Shown here in pieces: positions 23,577 through 33,501 of a stretch of DNA of 64,000 nucleotides (the first letter of the stretch is position 1; each line of letters begins with the position of its first letter). The notes under the pieces are model-generated. The model ran no database searches and was not told the origin of the DNA. It saw only the letters and a program-made list of their open reading frames with translations. A program made the position numbers and the translations under genes. The DNA is taken from the NCBI GenBank assembly GCA_016209275.1, contig JACQWM010000029.1:2692-66691 (forward strand), in the 5' to 3' direction. Source of the stretch: Candidatus Omnitrophota bacterium. GTDB lineage: Bacteria; Omnitrophota; Gorgyraeia; Aquiviventales; Aquiviventaceae.

Positions 23577-24758
23577 TTATTTGGCAAGTTCCACGACTTT
23601 GCGGGCGGCGGCTTCGAGCTCATCGACGCTGATCAGGTTCAACCGTTTGGCCTGGGTGAGCAGGCGGCGGCCTTCCTCAACATTCGTCCCCTGCAAGCGG
23701 ACAACGATGGGAACTTTCACGTCGAGTTGCTCGGTCGCATTGAGCAGCCCTTGCGCGATCCAGTCGCAGCGCATGATGCCGCCGAAAATGTTCACCAACA
23801 CGGCTTTCGCCTTCGGATCGGCGAGGATGATCGAAAAGGCGTTGGCCACCTGCTCGACATTCGCTCCGCCGCCCACGTCGAGAAAATTGGCCGGCTCCCC
23901 GCCGCAGAGTTTGATGATGTCGTTCGTCGCCATCGCCAATCCGGCCCCGTTGACCAGGCAGCCGATGTTTCCGTCCAGGCCGACATAGGAAATGCCGATC
24001 TTCGCGGCGTTCAGCTCCAGCGGATGCTCTTGGCTTTCATCGCGCAGGGCCGCGAGCTGCGGATGGCGAAACAGCGCGTTATCATCGAGGGTGACTTTGG
24101 CATCCAGGGCGAGCAACCGCTGATCGCTCGTAATGATCAGCGGGTTGATTTCAATCAAGGAGGTGTCGGCGGAAAGAAACACGTTCCACATGCCGCGGAC
24201 CACGCTCGCACAGGATTCCGTCAGCGCTCCGGCGCACCCTAACGCTGCCGCGAGGCGATCGACCATGGGGTCCTGCACGCCGCCAATGATATCCACCGGC
24301 TCGCGGAGAATCGCCGCAGGCGTCGTCGCCGCGACCTCTTCGATATCCACACCGCCTCGCTGGCTGGCCAGGAACATCGGACGCGCGTTGAAGCGGTCAA
24401 TGGTCAGGGCCAGGTACAACTCCTTGGCCGGCTCAATGCGCTCATCAATGAGAACGGCGGAAACGGGCAGCCCTTGGGGGCCGGTTTGCTTTGTCACGAG
24501 CCGCCGCCCCAGCAAGCCGGCGGATTTCTCAGCGGCTTCTGCCGCGCTGCCGGCCACCAGCACCCCGCCGGCCTTGCCCCGGCCGCCAGCGTGAAGCTGG
24601 GCTTTGATGTTCGCGGCGCACGGCGTGGGATGGCCAAGCTCTCGTCGGAGGGTCTCGTACGCGGCGGAGGCTTCTTGAGGGGTCTTGGCGACATGCCCTC
24701 GCTGGATGGGAATGCCGGCCGAGGCAAAGAGCTGCTTCGCCTGATACTCGTGGAGCTT
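23577..24758 (-). CDS. sucC: Succinyl-CoA synthetase beta subunit
   Basis: [12 protein letters not shown]... ATP-grasp fold; GGRGK. RBS GGAG 8 nt upstream of ATG 24758. The track ORF starts inside REP-like copy C. Confidence 0.9.
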   Translation of the reverse strand, partial: KLHEYQAKQLFASAGIPIQRGHVAKTPQEASAAYETLRRELGHPTPCAANIKAQLHAGGRGKAGGVLVAGSAAEAAEKSAGLLGRRLVTKQTGPQGLPVSAVLIDERIEPAKELYLALTIDRFNARPMFLASQRGGVDIEEVAATTPAAILREPVDIIGGVQDPMVDRLAAALGCAGALTESCASVVRGMWNVFLSADTSLIEINPLIITSDQRLLALDAKVTLDDNALFRHPQLAALRDESQEHPLELNAAKIGISYVGLDGNIGCLVNGAGLAMATNDIIKLCGGEPANFLDVGGGANVEQVANAFSIILADPKAKAVLVNIFGGIMRCDWIAQGLLNATEQLDVKVPIVVRLQGTNVEEGRRLLTQAKRLNLISVDELEAAARKVVELAK

Positions 24759-24770
24759 CATGCGCGACTC

Positions 24771-24832
24771 CGGCCACTTGGCCACTTGCCTGCCCGCCGA
24801 AGCCTTGGCGGAGGCGGGGCCACTTGGCCACG
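24771..24832. repeat. REP-like element copy C (GGCCACTTGGCCAC ... palindromic core ... GGCCACTTGGCCAC) in the sucC 5' UTR
   Basis: Read directly; a variant of the 14.3 kb and 15.1 kb copies. Confidence 0.6.
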
Positions 24833-24837
24833 CGTCG

Positions 24838-26943
24838 TCATTTGCGTTGAGCGAGGGGTGTCACTTTCAAATCGCGGGGGCCGATGTAGGCGGCGAGCGG
24901 GCGGATGAGGCGGTTGTCGGCGGCCTGCTCAATGATGTGCGCGGACCACCCAGCACTCCGCGCGACCGCAAACATGGTCGTAAACAGCTCGGTGGGAATG
25001 CCCAGGTAGTGCAGCAGCGAGGCGGAATAAAAATCCACGTTGATATAGAGCCCCTTGGCCTTGAAGACCGCTTCCTGCAGCCGCTCGGAAATCTCATACC
25101 ACTTCAACTCGTTGGCGGCCTGGCCCAGCGGCCTGGTGAACGCTTTCAAGTGCTTGGCGCGGGGGTCTTCCCCCTTGTAGACGCGGTGGCCGAAGCCCAT
25201 GAAGCGCTTGTGATCCGCCAGCGTTTTGTGCACGTACGTTTCCACCTGATCCGCGCCGCCGATTTCCAGCAGCATCTCCATCGCCTTGCGGTTCGCCGCG
25301 CCATGCAGCGAGCCCTTCAGCGCCCCGATCGCGCCGGCGACGGCGGAATAGTAGTCGGCGCGCGTGGAGACGATGACGCGCGCGGCAAAGGTGGAGGCAT
25401 TGTAGCTGTGGTCGGCCAAGAGGATGAAATAGGCATCGAGCGCTCGGGCTTGCGGCTCGCTCGGCTCTTCGCCGTGCAGCATATAGAGGAAGTTGGCCGC
25501 ATGAGCCAGGCCGGATTTTGGGGGCACGAGGGGAGCGCCGCTGCGGATGCGGGCGATGGCGGCGACGAGGCTCGACATCTTGGCGATCGTGCGGACGGCC
25601 TGGCGCTGCATCACCTCCGCGGACTCGGCATCGGCTTCCGGATCATCGAGCCCGAGGAATGAGACCGCCGTGCGCAGCAGCCCCATGGGGTCGGCCCGGT
25701 ACGGCAGGCTCTGCAGGCACGCCAGGACTTGCGGCTCCAGAGCGCGCGAAGAGTCAAGCTGCTTGGTCCAATCGGCCAGCTGGCTGCGTGTCGGCAAGGC
25801 GCCAAAGAGGAGCAAATAGCTGACCTCTTCGTATGTGGTCTTGCCGATCAACTCATCGATGTTGTAGCCGCGGTACACCAATTGGCAGCGCTGGCCGTCG
25901 ACATCGGAAATGGCGGTCTCGCCGGCGACGACGCCTTCAAGGCCTTTGGCGATGATCGGCGCAGCCGTCGGCGCGGGCGCGGGCGCGGCCGCGGGAGCCG
26001 CCGGTTTCGCTTGCAGCGCGGCAAGCGCTTGCATCCCCTCGCTGACTTGCCGGGCGGAGGCGGCGAGGGCGGCGTGCTCGGCCTCGCTGAGCGGCAGCTC
26101 GACGACGCGCTCAATGCCATGAGCGCCGAGCTGCACCGGCACGCCGATGCACACATCGCGCAATCCGTATTCACCGTGCAGCAGCGCGCAGGCCGGCAGC
26201 ACCTCATGCGTATCGTTCAGGATCGCCTGCGCCATCAGCACAGCGCTGCTGGCCGGCGCGTAAAAGGCGCTGCCCTGCTTGAGCAGATTGACAATCTCCG
26301 CGCCGCCGTTTTTCGTCCGCTCCAGCATCGCGGCGAGCTCCGCCTCCGGCAGGCGCGAATCAATCGGCTGATGATCCACCTGAATAGAGTGCGGCAGCGG
26401 GACCATGAGATCGCCGTGCGAGCCGAGGACCATCGCTTCGACACTGCGCGGAGCGACTTGCAGCCGCTCCGCGACAAACGCCCGCAGGCGCGCGCTATCC
26501 AAAACCCCGGCCATGCCCATGACGCGCTCGCGGGGAAACTTCGTCTTCTCAATGGCGAGGGCCACCATCATGTCGAGGGGATTCGTCACGACGATGACGA
26601 CGGCCTCCGGGGCCAGCTGCGCGATGCGCTCCGCGATGGGCCCGACGATATTGGCGTTGGCGAGGAGCAGGTCATCCCGCGACATGCCGGGCTTGCGGGC
26701 CAACCCTGCGGTGATGATGGCCAGGCGGCTGCCGGCGAGGGCGGCAAGATCCGTCGTGCCGCGAATCGACACGGAGAACCCCTCGACCGGGGCTGACTCA
26801 AACATGTCAAGGGCTTTGCCCTTGGCTAGCCCATCGACGACGTCAATGAGGGTGATATCCGCGAGGCCTTTGAGGGCGAGCAGGTGGGCCGTGGTGGCCC
26901 CGACTTGTCCAGCGCCAATCACGGTGACACGAGGAAGCGACAT
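24838..26943 (-). CDS. Natural fusion: NAD-dependent malate(/lactate) dehydrogenase (N-terminal, about 310 aa), AP-rich linker, citrate synthase (C-terminal, about 370 aa)
   Basis: One 701-aa ORF. N-terminal GAGQVGATTA, VTNPLD and GSHGDLMVP (LDH/MDH). Linker AKPAAPAAAPAPAPTAAPIIAKG. C-terminal GLEGVVAGETAIS..., SLHGAANRKAMEML and GFGHRVYKGEDPRA (citrate synthase signature). Confidence 0.8.
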   Translation of the reverse strand: MSLPRVTVIGAGQVGATTAHLLALKGLADITLIDVVDGLAKGKALDMFESAPVEGFSVSIRGTTDLAALAGSRLAIITAGLARKPGMSRDDLLLANANIVGPIAERIAQLAPEAVVIVVTNPLDMMVALAIEKTKFPRERVMGMAGVLDSARLRAFVAERLQVAPRSVEAMVLGSHGDLMVPLPHSIQVDHQPIDSRLPEAELAAMLERTKNGGAEIVNLLKQGSAFYAPASSAVLMAQAILNDTHEVLPACALLHGEYGLRDVCIGVPVQLGAHGIERVVELPLSEAEHAALAASARQVSEGMQALAALQAKPAAPAAAPAPAPTAAPIIAKGLEGVVAGETAISDVDGQRCQLVYRGYNIDELIGKTTYEEVSYLLLFGALPTRSQLADWTKQLDSSRALEPQVLACLQSLPYRADPMGLLRTAVSFLGLDDPEADAESAEVMQRQAVRTIAKMSSLVAAIARIRSGAPLVPPKSGLAHAANFLYMLHGEEPSEPQARALDAYFILLADHSYNASTFAARVIVSTRADYYSAVAGAIGALKGSLHGAANRKAMEMLLEIGGADQVETYVHKTLADHKRFMGFGHRVYKGEDPRAKHLKAFTRPLGQAANELKWYEISERLQEAVFKAKGLYINVDFYSASLLHYLGIPTELFTTMFAVARSAGWSAHIIEQAADNRLIRPLAAYIGPRDLKVTPLAQRK

Positions 26944-26949
26944 GCGGAC

Positions 26950-27276
26950 TTACAATTTCGTTAGGACGTGAACTCCCAGCCCGATACAGGACATGCCCAC
27001 GAGGGTCCACCCGAACCATGCGGCGGCGGCCCACAACCATGAGCAGCCCATCGCCAGCTGGGCAAATCCTCCCACAAACCGCGCATCCCAGCCTTCCAGA
27101 ACACCGGTGGATCTTGAGAGGATCCGCCCATGGACGCGCTGAGCGTCATGCACCATGTGCCGGGCCAGCAGCACCCCAATCCCGACCGACAACACGCCGA
27201 TCGTCACAATGAGGCCGCTAACCACGTAGGTAGGCATCGCTGAAAGATATTGCCAGTGTAGCAAAGCCGCTTCCAA
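26950..27276 (-). CDS. Small membrane protein (3 TM)
   Basis: 108-aa hydrophobic ORF with a consistent minus-strand context. Confidence 0.4.
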   Translation of the reverse strand: MEAALLHWQYLSAMPTYVVSGLIVTIGVLSVGIGVLLARHMVHDAQRVHGRILSRSTGVLEGWDARFVGGFAQLAMGCSWLWAAAAWFGWTLVGMSCIGLGVHVLTKL

Positions 27277-27342
27277 GCGTCAACCTGTCGTGGACGATAG
27301 ATGGGCGCTGGTCCTGGACACATGCAGCCTAAGATGTGCAGA

Positions 27343-27433
27343 CTAAGGTAGCGCAGGTTTAAACCTGCGCTACCTTAGCTGCGGTTTTTGCTGACAGCTG
27401 ATCGCTGAGGGCTAGCTGTCAGTTATTTTTCTT
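27343..27433 (+). terminator. Two tandem perfect stem-loops, each followed by a T-run on the plus strand (CTAAGGTAGCGCAGG-TTTAAA-CCTGCGCTACCTTAG ctgcggttttt; CTGACAGCT-N14-AGCTGTCAG ttattttt)
   Basis: Read from the sequence. Located between two minus-strand genes. Function (bidirectional terminator or sRNA 3' end) unresolved. Confidence 0.4.
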
Positions 27434-27881
27434 GCCACAACGAGGACAGCTTCTGACGCAGCGTGGCTTTCGCGCCAGCCTGGGCGAGCATCGACTGCCA
27501 CTGCACCCCCATCGCTTCCAGCACGGCGTCGGCGGCCTTGTCCATCTTGGGTCCCCACGCCTTCTGAAGCTTTTGCTTCAAGATATCAACCTGGACTTCT
27601 TTCATCGCGGTGAAAAACGCGCAGGACCACATGCCGGTTGCACAGTCGATCGGATCGCCGCTGCACCCTGGCGTGCCGCAAGGGCAGCCCTTGCCTGATG
27701 TTGGGCAGCAATCCTGCGATGAAGTTTCCACGTCACACGACCCTGAGTCACATCGTCCAGACATTGTTTCGCTCCTTTGGCTTCCCGTGGAGACAGTCCC
27801 CACGGGGACTGTCTCCATTACGCGCCGATGACGCCATCTCCCATGACACCCACCTCCTTTCTGCGCTGGTTGTAATACCAA
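27423..27881 (-). CDS. Small Cys-rich protein (11 Cys in about 45 aa) with a helical C-terminal half; likely starts at MSGRCDSGSCD (about 27762)
   Basis: ...CDSGSCDVETSSQDCCPTSGKGCPCGTPGCSGDPIDC...; adjacent to TetR. Confidence 0.4.
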   Translation of the reverse strand: MVLQPAQKGGGCHGRWRHRRVMETVPVGTVSTGSQRSETMSGRCDSGSCDVETSSQDCCPTSGKGCPCGTPGCSGDPIDCATGMWSCAFFTAMKEVQVDILKQKLQKAWGPKMDKAADAVLEAMGVQWQSMLAQAGAKATLRQKLSSLWQEK

Positions 27882-27921
27882 CTAGTTGGTTTTTAACGAA
27901 CGATTAAAAAGCCTCCCCTGA

Positions 27922-28539
27922 TTATCGCGGCGTCCTCTCAAACAACGACTGCACATACCGCCGAAGGTGGCCCAAGCTCTGCTCTTCAATAGACGGATCG
28001 CGCTTGGCCTTCGCCAAGATCTTCGCCCCTTCCATAATGGCAATAAAGTGGTCGGCCAGGCTTTGCGTATCAATGGCCGCTTTCGGGGCGTGCTTCGCCT
28101 TGGCCGCATCCAAATCCTGCTTGAGCCACTGCGCCCAGCGCGCAAACGCTTTCGCGCACTGATCCCGCATGGCCGGGTTCGTTTCCGAGAGCTCCTGCGC
28201 AAACGTGCCCAACAAACACCCTTGCTCTGTCCCGCACTGTGCGGCCATCTTGATGCCGAAATCAATGAAGGCGTACACGCGCCGCAGCGGATCGACGTCA
28301 ACCCCGCCAACCGCCGAGCGCATCTGTTCGCCGGCATGACGGCAGAACCGCTCGAGCAATTCCCTGCCAAGATGCTCCTTGCTCTCAAAATAGTGGAAGA
28401 AGCTGCCCTTCGTCAGTTTGGCGGCTTCGCAGATTTCATCCACGGTCGTGGCGGCATAGCCTTGGGCGAGCATCAGCTTCTCGGCGGCCTCGAGGAGGCG
28501 ATCCTTGGTCGGCGAATCAGTCAGCGCGGCTTTAGCCAT
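27922..28539 (-). CDS. TetR-family transcriptional regulator
   Basis: LLEAAEKLMLAQGYAATTVDEICEAAKLTKGSFFHYFESKE HTH. Confidence 0.85.
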   Translation of the reverse strand: MAKAALTDSPTKDRLLEAAEKLMLAQGYAATTVDEICEAAKLTKGSFFHYFESKEHLGRELLERFCRHAGEQMRSAVGGVDVDPLRRVYAFIDFGIKMAAQCGTEQGCLLGTFAQELSETNPAMRDQCAKAFARWAQWLKQDLDAAKAKHAPKAAIDTQSLADHFIAIMEGAKILAKAKRDPSIEEQSLGHLRRYVQSLFERTPR

Positions 28540-28611
28540 GGCACATACCAGTTAGTATGTTTATACGCTATCGGGGCGCGCCCTGTCAAGAGGCGTTTTC
28601 CCTGGCCTGCA

Positions 28612-29640
28612 TCAATAGCTGGTCGGTTCCAATCGCACCTTGCCCCGGAAGATCCAGTAAATGCTCACCGTATACGCCAGCACCATCGGCATGCCCAGCA
28701 GCGCGATGGCCAGCATGATGCGCAACGTCTTCGGCGAGGAGGCGGCATTATAAATCGTGAGGCTGTGCTCAGGCAACGGGTTGGAGAGCACGATATTCGG
28801 ATAGATCCCGACCCCGAAGAGGGCCAGCAGCGCGGCGATGGCGGCACAGGAAGACAGAAACGCTCGGAACTCCCTGCCGAAATAGATTTCCCTGGGGATA
28901 TTGGCGATCGCGAGCATATTCAATACCGGCAGCGCAAACAGCCAGGGGTGTTCCCGGATGTTCACCGGCATATGCGGCATGTAGACCAGTGTGGCCATGG
29001 TCGTGGCGGCATAGCAGATGATGAAGAAAATCATCGCGCGCTGCACCCAGCTTTTGGCCCGGCGCTGCAGTTTGCCTTCGGTTTTCATGACGAGATAAAT
29101 GGCGCCGTGCATCTGAAAAAGTGCGAGGGTCGTGATACCAACCAGCAGCGCGTACGGATTGAGCAAGCCGAGAAATGAGCCGGCGAATTCATGCTCGGCG
29201 GTCAGCGGCACACCGCGCGCGATATTCCCCAAGGCGATCCCAATGAGCAGGCTGCACAGGATGCTGCTTGCGCTAAAACTCATATCCCACATCGCGCGCC
29301 ACCATCGCATGGGCTGCTTGCTGCGAAACTCAATCGCCACCGCGCGGAAGATCAGCGCGGCGAGCAGCAGCATGAGCGCCGTGTAAAATCCTGAGAAGAC
29401 CGTCGCGTACACCATGGGAAAGGCAGCGAAGAGCGCACCGCCCCCGGTCACGAGCCACACTTCATTGCCGTCCCAGACCGGGCCGATGGCATTGAGCATG
29501 AGCCGCCGCTCCTCATCGGTCTTGCTGAACAGATGCAGCGACCCGACCCCCAAATCAAAGCCATCCAGCATGGCATAGCCGGTCAGCAACGCGCCGACGA
29601 GCCAGAACCAGAGGGTGGGAAGATCGAAACTAAAAGGCAT
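28612..29640 (-). CDS. cydB: Cytochrome bd ubiquinol oxidase subunit II
   Basis: 342-aa polytopic protein; [33 protein letters not shown]. Confidence 0.85.
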   Translation of the reverse strand: MPFSFDLPTLWFWLVGALLTGYAMLDGFDLGVGSLHLFSKTDEERRLMLNAIGPVWDGNEVWLVTGGGALFAAFPMVYATVFSGFYTALMLLLAALIFRAVAIEFRSKQPMRWWRAMWDMSFSASSILCSLLIGIALGNIARGVPLTAEHEFAGSFLGLLNPYALLVGITTLALFQMHGAIYLVMKTEGKLQRRAKSWVQRAMIFFIICYAATTMATLVYMPHMPVNIREHPWLFALPVLNMLAIANIPREIYFGREFRAFLSSCAAIAALLALFGVGIYPNIVLSNPLPEHSLTIYNAASSPKTLRIMLAIALLGMPMVLAYTVSIYWIFRGKVRLEPTSY

Positions 29641-30982
29641 GGCGGGTGTAGACGCCGGAGGCTTCGTCTTCCGCCGGTCCCCGGCGGATTTTCTGATCCA
29701 AGAGAAAAATAAACAGCGCGAAGAGCAGGACGTAGATCACGGTAAACATGATCAGCGACGACAATACCGCCGAGGCGCTCACGACTTTCGAAACCCCCTC
29801 GCTCGTGCGCATCAGTCCATAGACGATCCACGGCTGCCGGCCGATTTCCGCCGCGGCCCAGCCGAGCTGATTGGCGATCTGCGGCCCGAGCACCGAGAAG
29901 ACAAAGCACCATAAGAGCCAGCGTCGATCGAACAGGCTGCCGCGCCACAGATGCCACCATCCTAAGACGCTCAAGCCCAACAAGGCGCCCCCAATGATCA
30001 CCATCCCGTGAAACGCTTGAAAGGTGACATTCACCGGCGGCCAGTCGCCAGGCGGCGCGGACTCCAGACCGGTGAGAGGATGCGTCGGATCCCCGGAGAC
30101 GAGCCAGCTCAACAACCCCGGCACCGCTATGCCGTGCACGCGCCGCTGCGTTTCATCCACCCAGCCGATCAAGTGCAGCGGAGCCGGCGCTGAGGCTGAA
30201 TAATGGCCCTCAAACGCCGCCAACTTCAGCGGTTGATGGCGAGCCACCACCACACCGCTCGCATGCCCGGTCAGCACCTGCAAGATGGAAGCGACGAGTG
30301 CCGCGGTCAACCCGATGCGCATTGAGGATTTGGCGAAGGCCAGATGTCGGCGCTTCAACAAATAATACGCGCTGACACTCAGCACGAGAAACGCCCCGGC
30401 CTGCCACGCCCCCATCAGCACGTGAGCCAGGCGCTGCATCGATGAAGGATTAAACACCATCGCCCAAAAATCAGTGATCTCTGCTCGGGCCATTCCACCA
30501 TGGTCCACAATATGAAATCCCGCTGGGGTTTGCATCCAGGAGTTGGCGACGACGATCCACACCGCGCTGAACATCGAGCCGAGGGCGACCATGACGGTGG
30601 AGAAAAAATGCATCCGGGGGCTGACGCGATTCCACCCGAAGATCAGCACCGCGAGAAACCCTGACTCGAGAAAAAAGGCGAAAATCCCCTCGGCCGCCAG
30701 CGCACTGCCAAACACATCGCCTACGTAGCGCGAATACGTCGCCCAATTGGTGCCGAACTCAAACTCCATCACGATGCCCGTCGCCACCCCCATGGCAAAG
30801 GTCAGCGCAAAAATATTCACCCAAAACTTGGCCATCTGATGATAGAGCGGCTTGCGCGTTTTCAGCCACAACCCTTCCATGATCACGAGGATGACGCCGA
30901 GGCCGATGGAGAGCGGCGGGTAGAGATAGTGGAAGCCGATCGTCAGCGCAAACTGCAGCCTGGACAGCCACACGACATCCAT
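29630..30982 (-). CDS. cydA: Cytochrome bd ubiquinol oxidase subunit I
   Basis: 450 aa; ...[12 protein letters not shown]...MEFEFGTNW...Q-loop. Confidence 0.9.
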   Translation of the reverse strand: MDVVWLSRLQFALTIGFHYLYPPLSIGLGVILVIMEGLWLKTRKPLYHQMAKFWVNIFALTFAMGVATGIVMEFEFGTNWATYSRYVGDVFGSALAAEGIFAFFLESGFLAVLIFGWNRVSPRMHFFSTVMVALGSMFSAVWIVVANSWMQTPAGFHIVDHGGMARAEITDFWAMVFNPSSMQRLAHVLMGAWQAGAFLVLSVSAYYLLKRRHLAFAKSSMRIGLTAALVASILQVLTGHASGVVVARHQPLKLAAFEGHYSASAPAPLHLIGWVDETQRRVHGIAVPGLLSWLVSGDPTHPLTGLESAPPGDWPPVNVTFQAFHGMVIIGGALLGLSVLGWWHLWRGSLFDRRWLLWCFVFSVLGPQIANQLGWAAAEIGRQPWIVYGLMRTSEGVSKVVSASAVLSSLIMFTVIYVLLFALFIFLLDQKIRRGPAEDEASGVYTRHAF

Positions 30983-31058
30983 GGGAGTATCCTAGCAAAA
31001 AACAGCCTTCATCTCATCTACAGGCTATGTGCATTGTTCCGGCTGGAATAACTTTTTG

Positions 31059-31088
31059 TTGACTCCGTCTCAAGAAAATACTATTATC
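31059..31088 (+). promoter_or_regulatory. sigma70-like promoter of lexA (TTGACT-18-TATTAT), followed by a 10-bp palindrome CTACCGGTAG (31106-31115)
   Basis: Read from the sequence, 44 bp upstream of the ATG. Confidence 0.5.
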
Positions 31089-31131
31089 GAAAGTAAATAG
31101 AAAACTCTACCGGTAGGGAAACAACCGCAAA

Positions 31132-31731
31132 ATGACGCTCACCAAGAGACAAAAGCAAGTCCTCGATTTCATCAAGAGCTTCATCAAGAAGTACGACTAC
31201 GCGCCCTCCCTGGAAGAAGTCAAAAAGCATCTGGGGCTTGCCTCTGTCTCGACCGCTCATTTCCACGTTCAAACCCTGCAGCAGAAGGGTTTTCTTCGAA
31301 AGGACGACAATCGGCCACGGGCCATTGAAATCAGCAAGAACGGCGGAGCCAACGTCCGAGAAATCCAGTTGGCAGGCACCATCGCGGCCGGCCAGCCCAT
31401 CGAAGCAATCGAGGGCCACGACACCATTCAGGTTCCCGCGCTCTTGGTGCCAAACAAAGGCCGCAAGTATTTTGCGCTCAAGGTCAAGGGCGACAGCTTG
31501 ATTGAGGATGGCATTCTGGACGGCGACGTCGTCATCGCGGAGCAAACCAGCACCGCCAAAAATGGCGACCTGGTCGTCGCGCTGACTGAAAATCACGAGG
31601 CGACCTTGAAGTATTTCTACAAAGAGAAAAGCCGCATTCGGCTTGAGCCGCGCAACCGCGCCCTCAAGCCGTTGTTTCTAAAAACCTGTATGGTCCGAGG
31701 AAGGTTTGTTTCGCTCCTCAGAGGGATATGA
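31132..31731 (+). CDS. lexA: LexA repressor (HTH plus S24 peptidase)
   Basis: MTLTKRQKQVLDFI...; AAGQPIEA cleavage region; KVKGDSL (Ser) ...K dyad; 199 aa. Confidence 0.85.
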   Translation: MTLTKRQKQVLDFIKSFIKKYDYAPSLEEVKKHLGLASVSTAHFHVQTLQQKGFLRKDDNRPRAIEISKNGGANVREIQLAGTIAAGQPIEAIEGHDTIQVPALLVPNKGRKYFALKVKGDSLIEDGILDGDVVIAEQTSTAKNGDLVVALTENHEATLKYFYKEKSRIRLEPRNRALKPLFLKTCMVRGRFVSLLRGI

Positions 31732-31783
31732 AATAGTCTGTGCCCGCTGGTGTTGTCCTTCGGTATGATGGAGTAAGAATTGT

Positions 31784-32698
31784 ATGAGTGTTCCGCACCC
31801 AATTCCATATCAAGGTAGCAAACGCGCTCTTGCCGCCGCCATTCTCTCCTACTTTCCACCCAACACAAACAGGCTTGTAGAACCTTTTGCCGGATCAGCT
31901 GCCATTTCACTCGCCGCTGCCTATCACAGAAAAGCAAGCCGTTTTCTTCTGAATGATACGAATCCTGCTCTGATGAGTTTGTGGCGAGGAATCATTAACC
32001 AGCCGGAGTCAATTGCTCGGGAGTACCGGAAGCTTTGGGAGGCTCAGCTAGGACAAGAGAGAGGGTACTACGACCTGATTAGACAGCGGTTCAATACGAT
32101 GCAACGGCCAGACCATTTCTTATATTTACTTGCACGGTGCGTCAAGGCTTCGGTTCGCTACAATTCCTATGGGGAGTTCAATCAAAGCCCAGATAATCGC
32201 AGGAAGGGCACTAACCCAGTAACGATGCGGGCACACGTCGTAAGGGCATCTCGGCTCCTCGCCGACAAGACACAAATTACGTGCAGGGACTACTTAGATG
32301 TACTTCGAGACGTTAAACGGGATGATGTTATCTATATGGATCCTCCATATCAAGGGGTTTGTGGTGAGAGGGATCAGAGATACATTAGCAAAGTTGCGTT
32401 TGATTTTTTTGTCAAAGCTCTTCAGAACCTTAACGACAGGAAGATCTTTTATATTTTGAGTTACGATGGACGGACTGGTTCGAAAAAATACGGGCGTCCC
32501 CTTCCGAAGAATCTTACTCTAACGCACATCGAAGTCGATGCCGGAAGATCAACTCAATCAACTTTGCTCGGGCGAAACGCAAGAACTTATGAATCCATCT
32601 ATTTGTCTCCTTCATTGGTCGCCGTGCTTGAGAAGTTAACTCCGACAACTCAGCCTCTTGAGCCTCAAGAACAGCTGATCTTCGCAGAGGCCTTATGA
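31784..32698 (+). CDS. Dam-type N6-adenine DNA methyltransferase (D12 class)
   Basis: YQGSKR, EPFAGSAA (motif I), DPPY (motif IV). Lower GC than the surroundings. Confidence 0.8.
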   Translation: MSVPHPIPYQGSKRALAAAILSYFPPNTNRLVEPFAGSAAISLAAAYHRKASRFLLNDTNPALMSLWRGIINQPESIAREYRKLWEAQLGQERGYYDLIRQRFNTMQRPDHFLYLLARCVKASVRYNSYGEFNQSPDNRRKGTNPVTMRAHVVRASRLLADKTQITCRDYLDVLRDVKRDDVIYMDPPYQGVCGERDQRYISKVAFDFFVKALQNLNDRKIFYILSYDGRTGSKKYGRPLPKNLTLTHIEVDAGRSTQSTLLGRNARTYESIYLSPSLVAVLEKLTPTTQPLEPQEQLIFAEAL

Positions 32699-33426
32699 GG
32701 AAAGGACAGAAACTTCCTGCGAAATTCTTAGAGGCGCTAAAAGCCGTTACGAACAAGCGCCCAAGAATCGTTATTGAGCATATCCTCAAACATGGCTTTA
32801 TAACCACAGAAGAGCTTGAGTCAAAATATGGATATAGCCATCCTCCGAGAGCCGCGCGCGACGTACGGGAACAAGGAATTCCGCTTGAGACCGTTCGAGT
32901 CAAGAGTAAGGGGGGTCGGAGCATCGCAGCTTACAGGTTTGCCGATTTCAGTAAAGTTCGAGAAGACCGAATAGACGGCAGGCAAGTATTTTCGAAGCTA
33001 TTTAAGAAAAAGCTGGTCAAGGAATCCAGTTGCCGCTGTTATATCTGTCTGGAGAAGTACGAAGAAAGATACCTCCAGGTAGATCATCGAATTCCGTATG
33101 AAGTATCTGGGGATGCGGCATCCGAAATGCGACATCCTCGTGAGTACATGCTGATCTGTGGTTCCTGTAATAGAGCGAAATCGTGGTCGTGTGAGCATTG
33201 TTCAAATTGGCTGGAACAAAAATCTCCCCAAGTCTGTCTCTCTTGCTACTGGGCCAGCCCAGAGTCTTATAAACACATAGCCCTGAGACGCATCAGAAGA
33301 CTTGATGTGATCTGGACTGACCATGAAGTGGAGGTTTACGAGCGCCTTAAGAGGCGCACCGAAATTGTTCAACAACATATGCCAGACTACGTCAAGGCTG
33401 TGATCAAGAAACACTTGGACGCATAA
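32695..33426 (+). CDS. HNH-family endonuclease (probable restriction partner)
   Basis: CRCYICLEKY...LQVDHRIPY...CGSCNRAKS (HNH/zinc-finger); ATGA overlap with the MTase. Confidence 0.65.
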   Translation: MRKGQKLPAKFLEALKAVTNKRPRIVIEHILKHGFITTEELESKYGYSHPPRAARDVREQGIPLETVRVKSKGGRSIAAYRFADFSKVREDRIDGRQVFSKLFKKKLVKESSCRCYICLEKYEERYLQVDHRIPYEVSGDAASEMRHPREYMLICGSCNRAKSWSCEHCSNWLEQKSPQVCLSCYWASPESYKHIALRRIRRLDVIWTDHEVEVYERLKRRTEIVQQHMPDYVKAVIKKHLDA

Positions 33427-33501
33427 GAAGCAGGGTTTGGTTAGGTTAGTAGGCAACCGCTGGATGATTGGGCCCAAGTGATTTTCGAGGAGGTATCGGG
33501 A

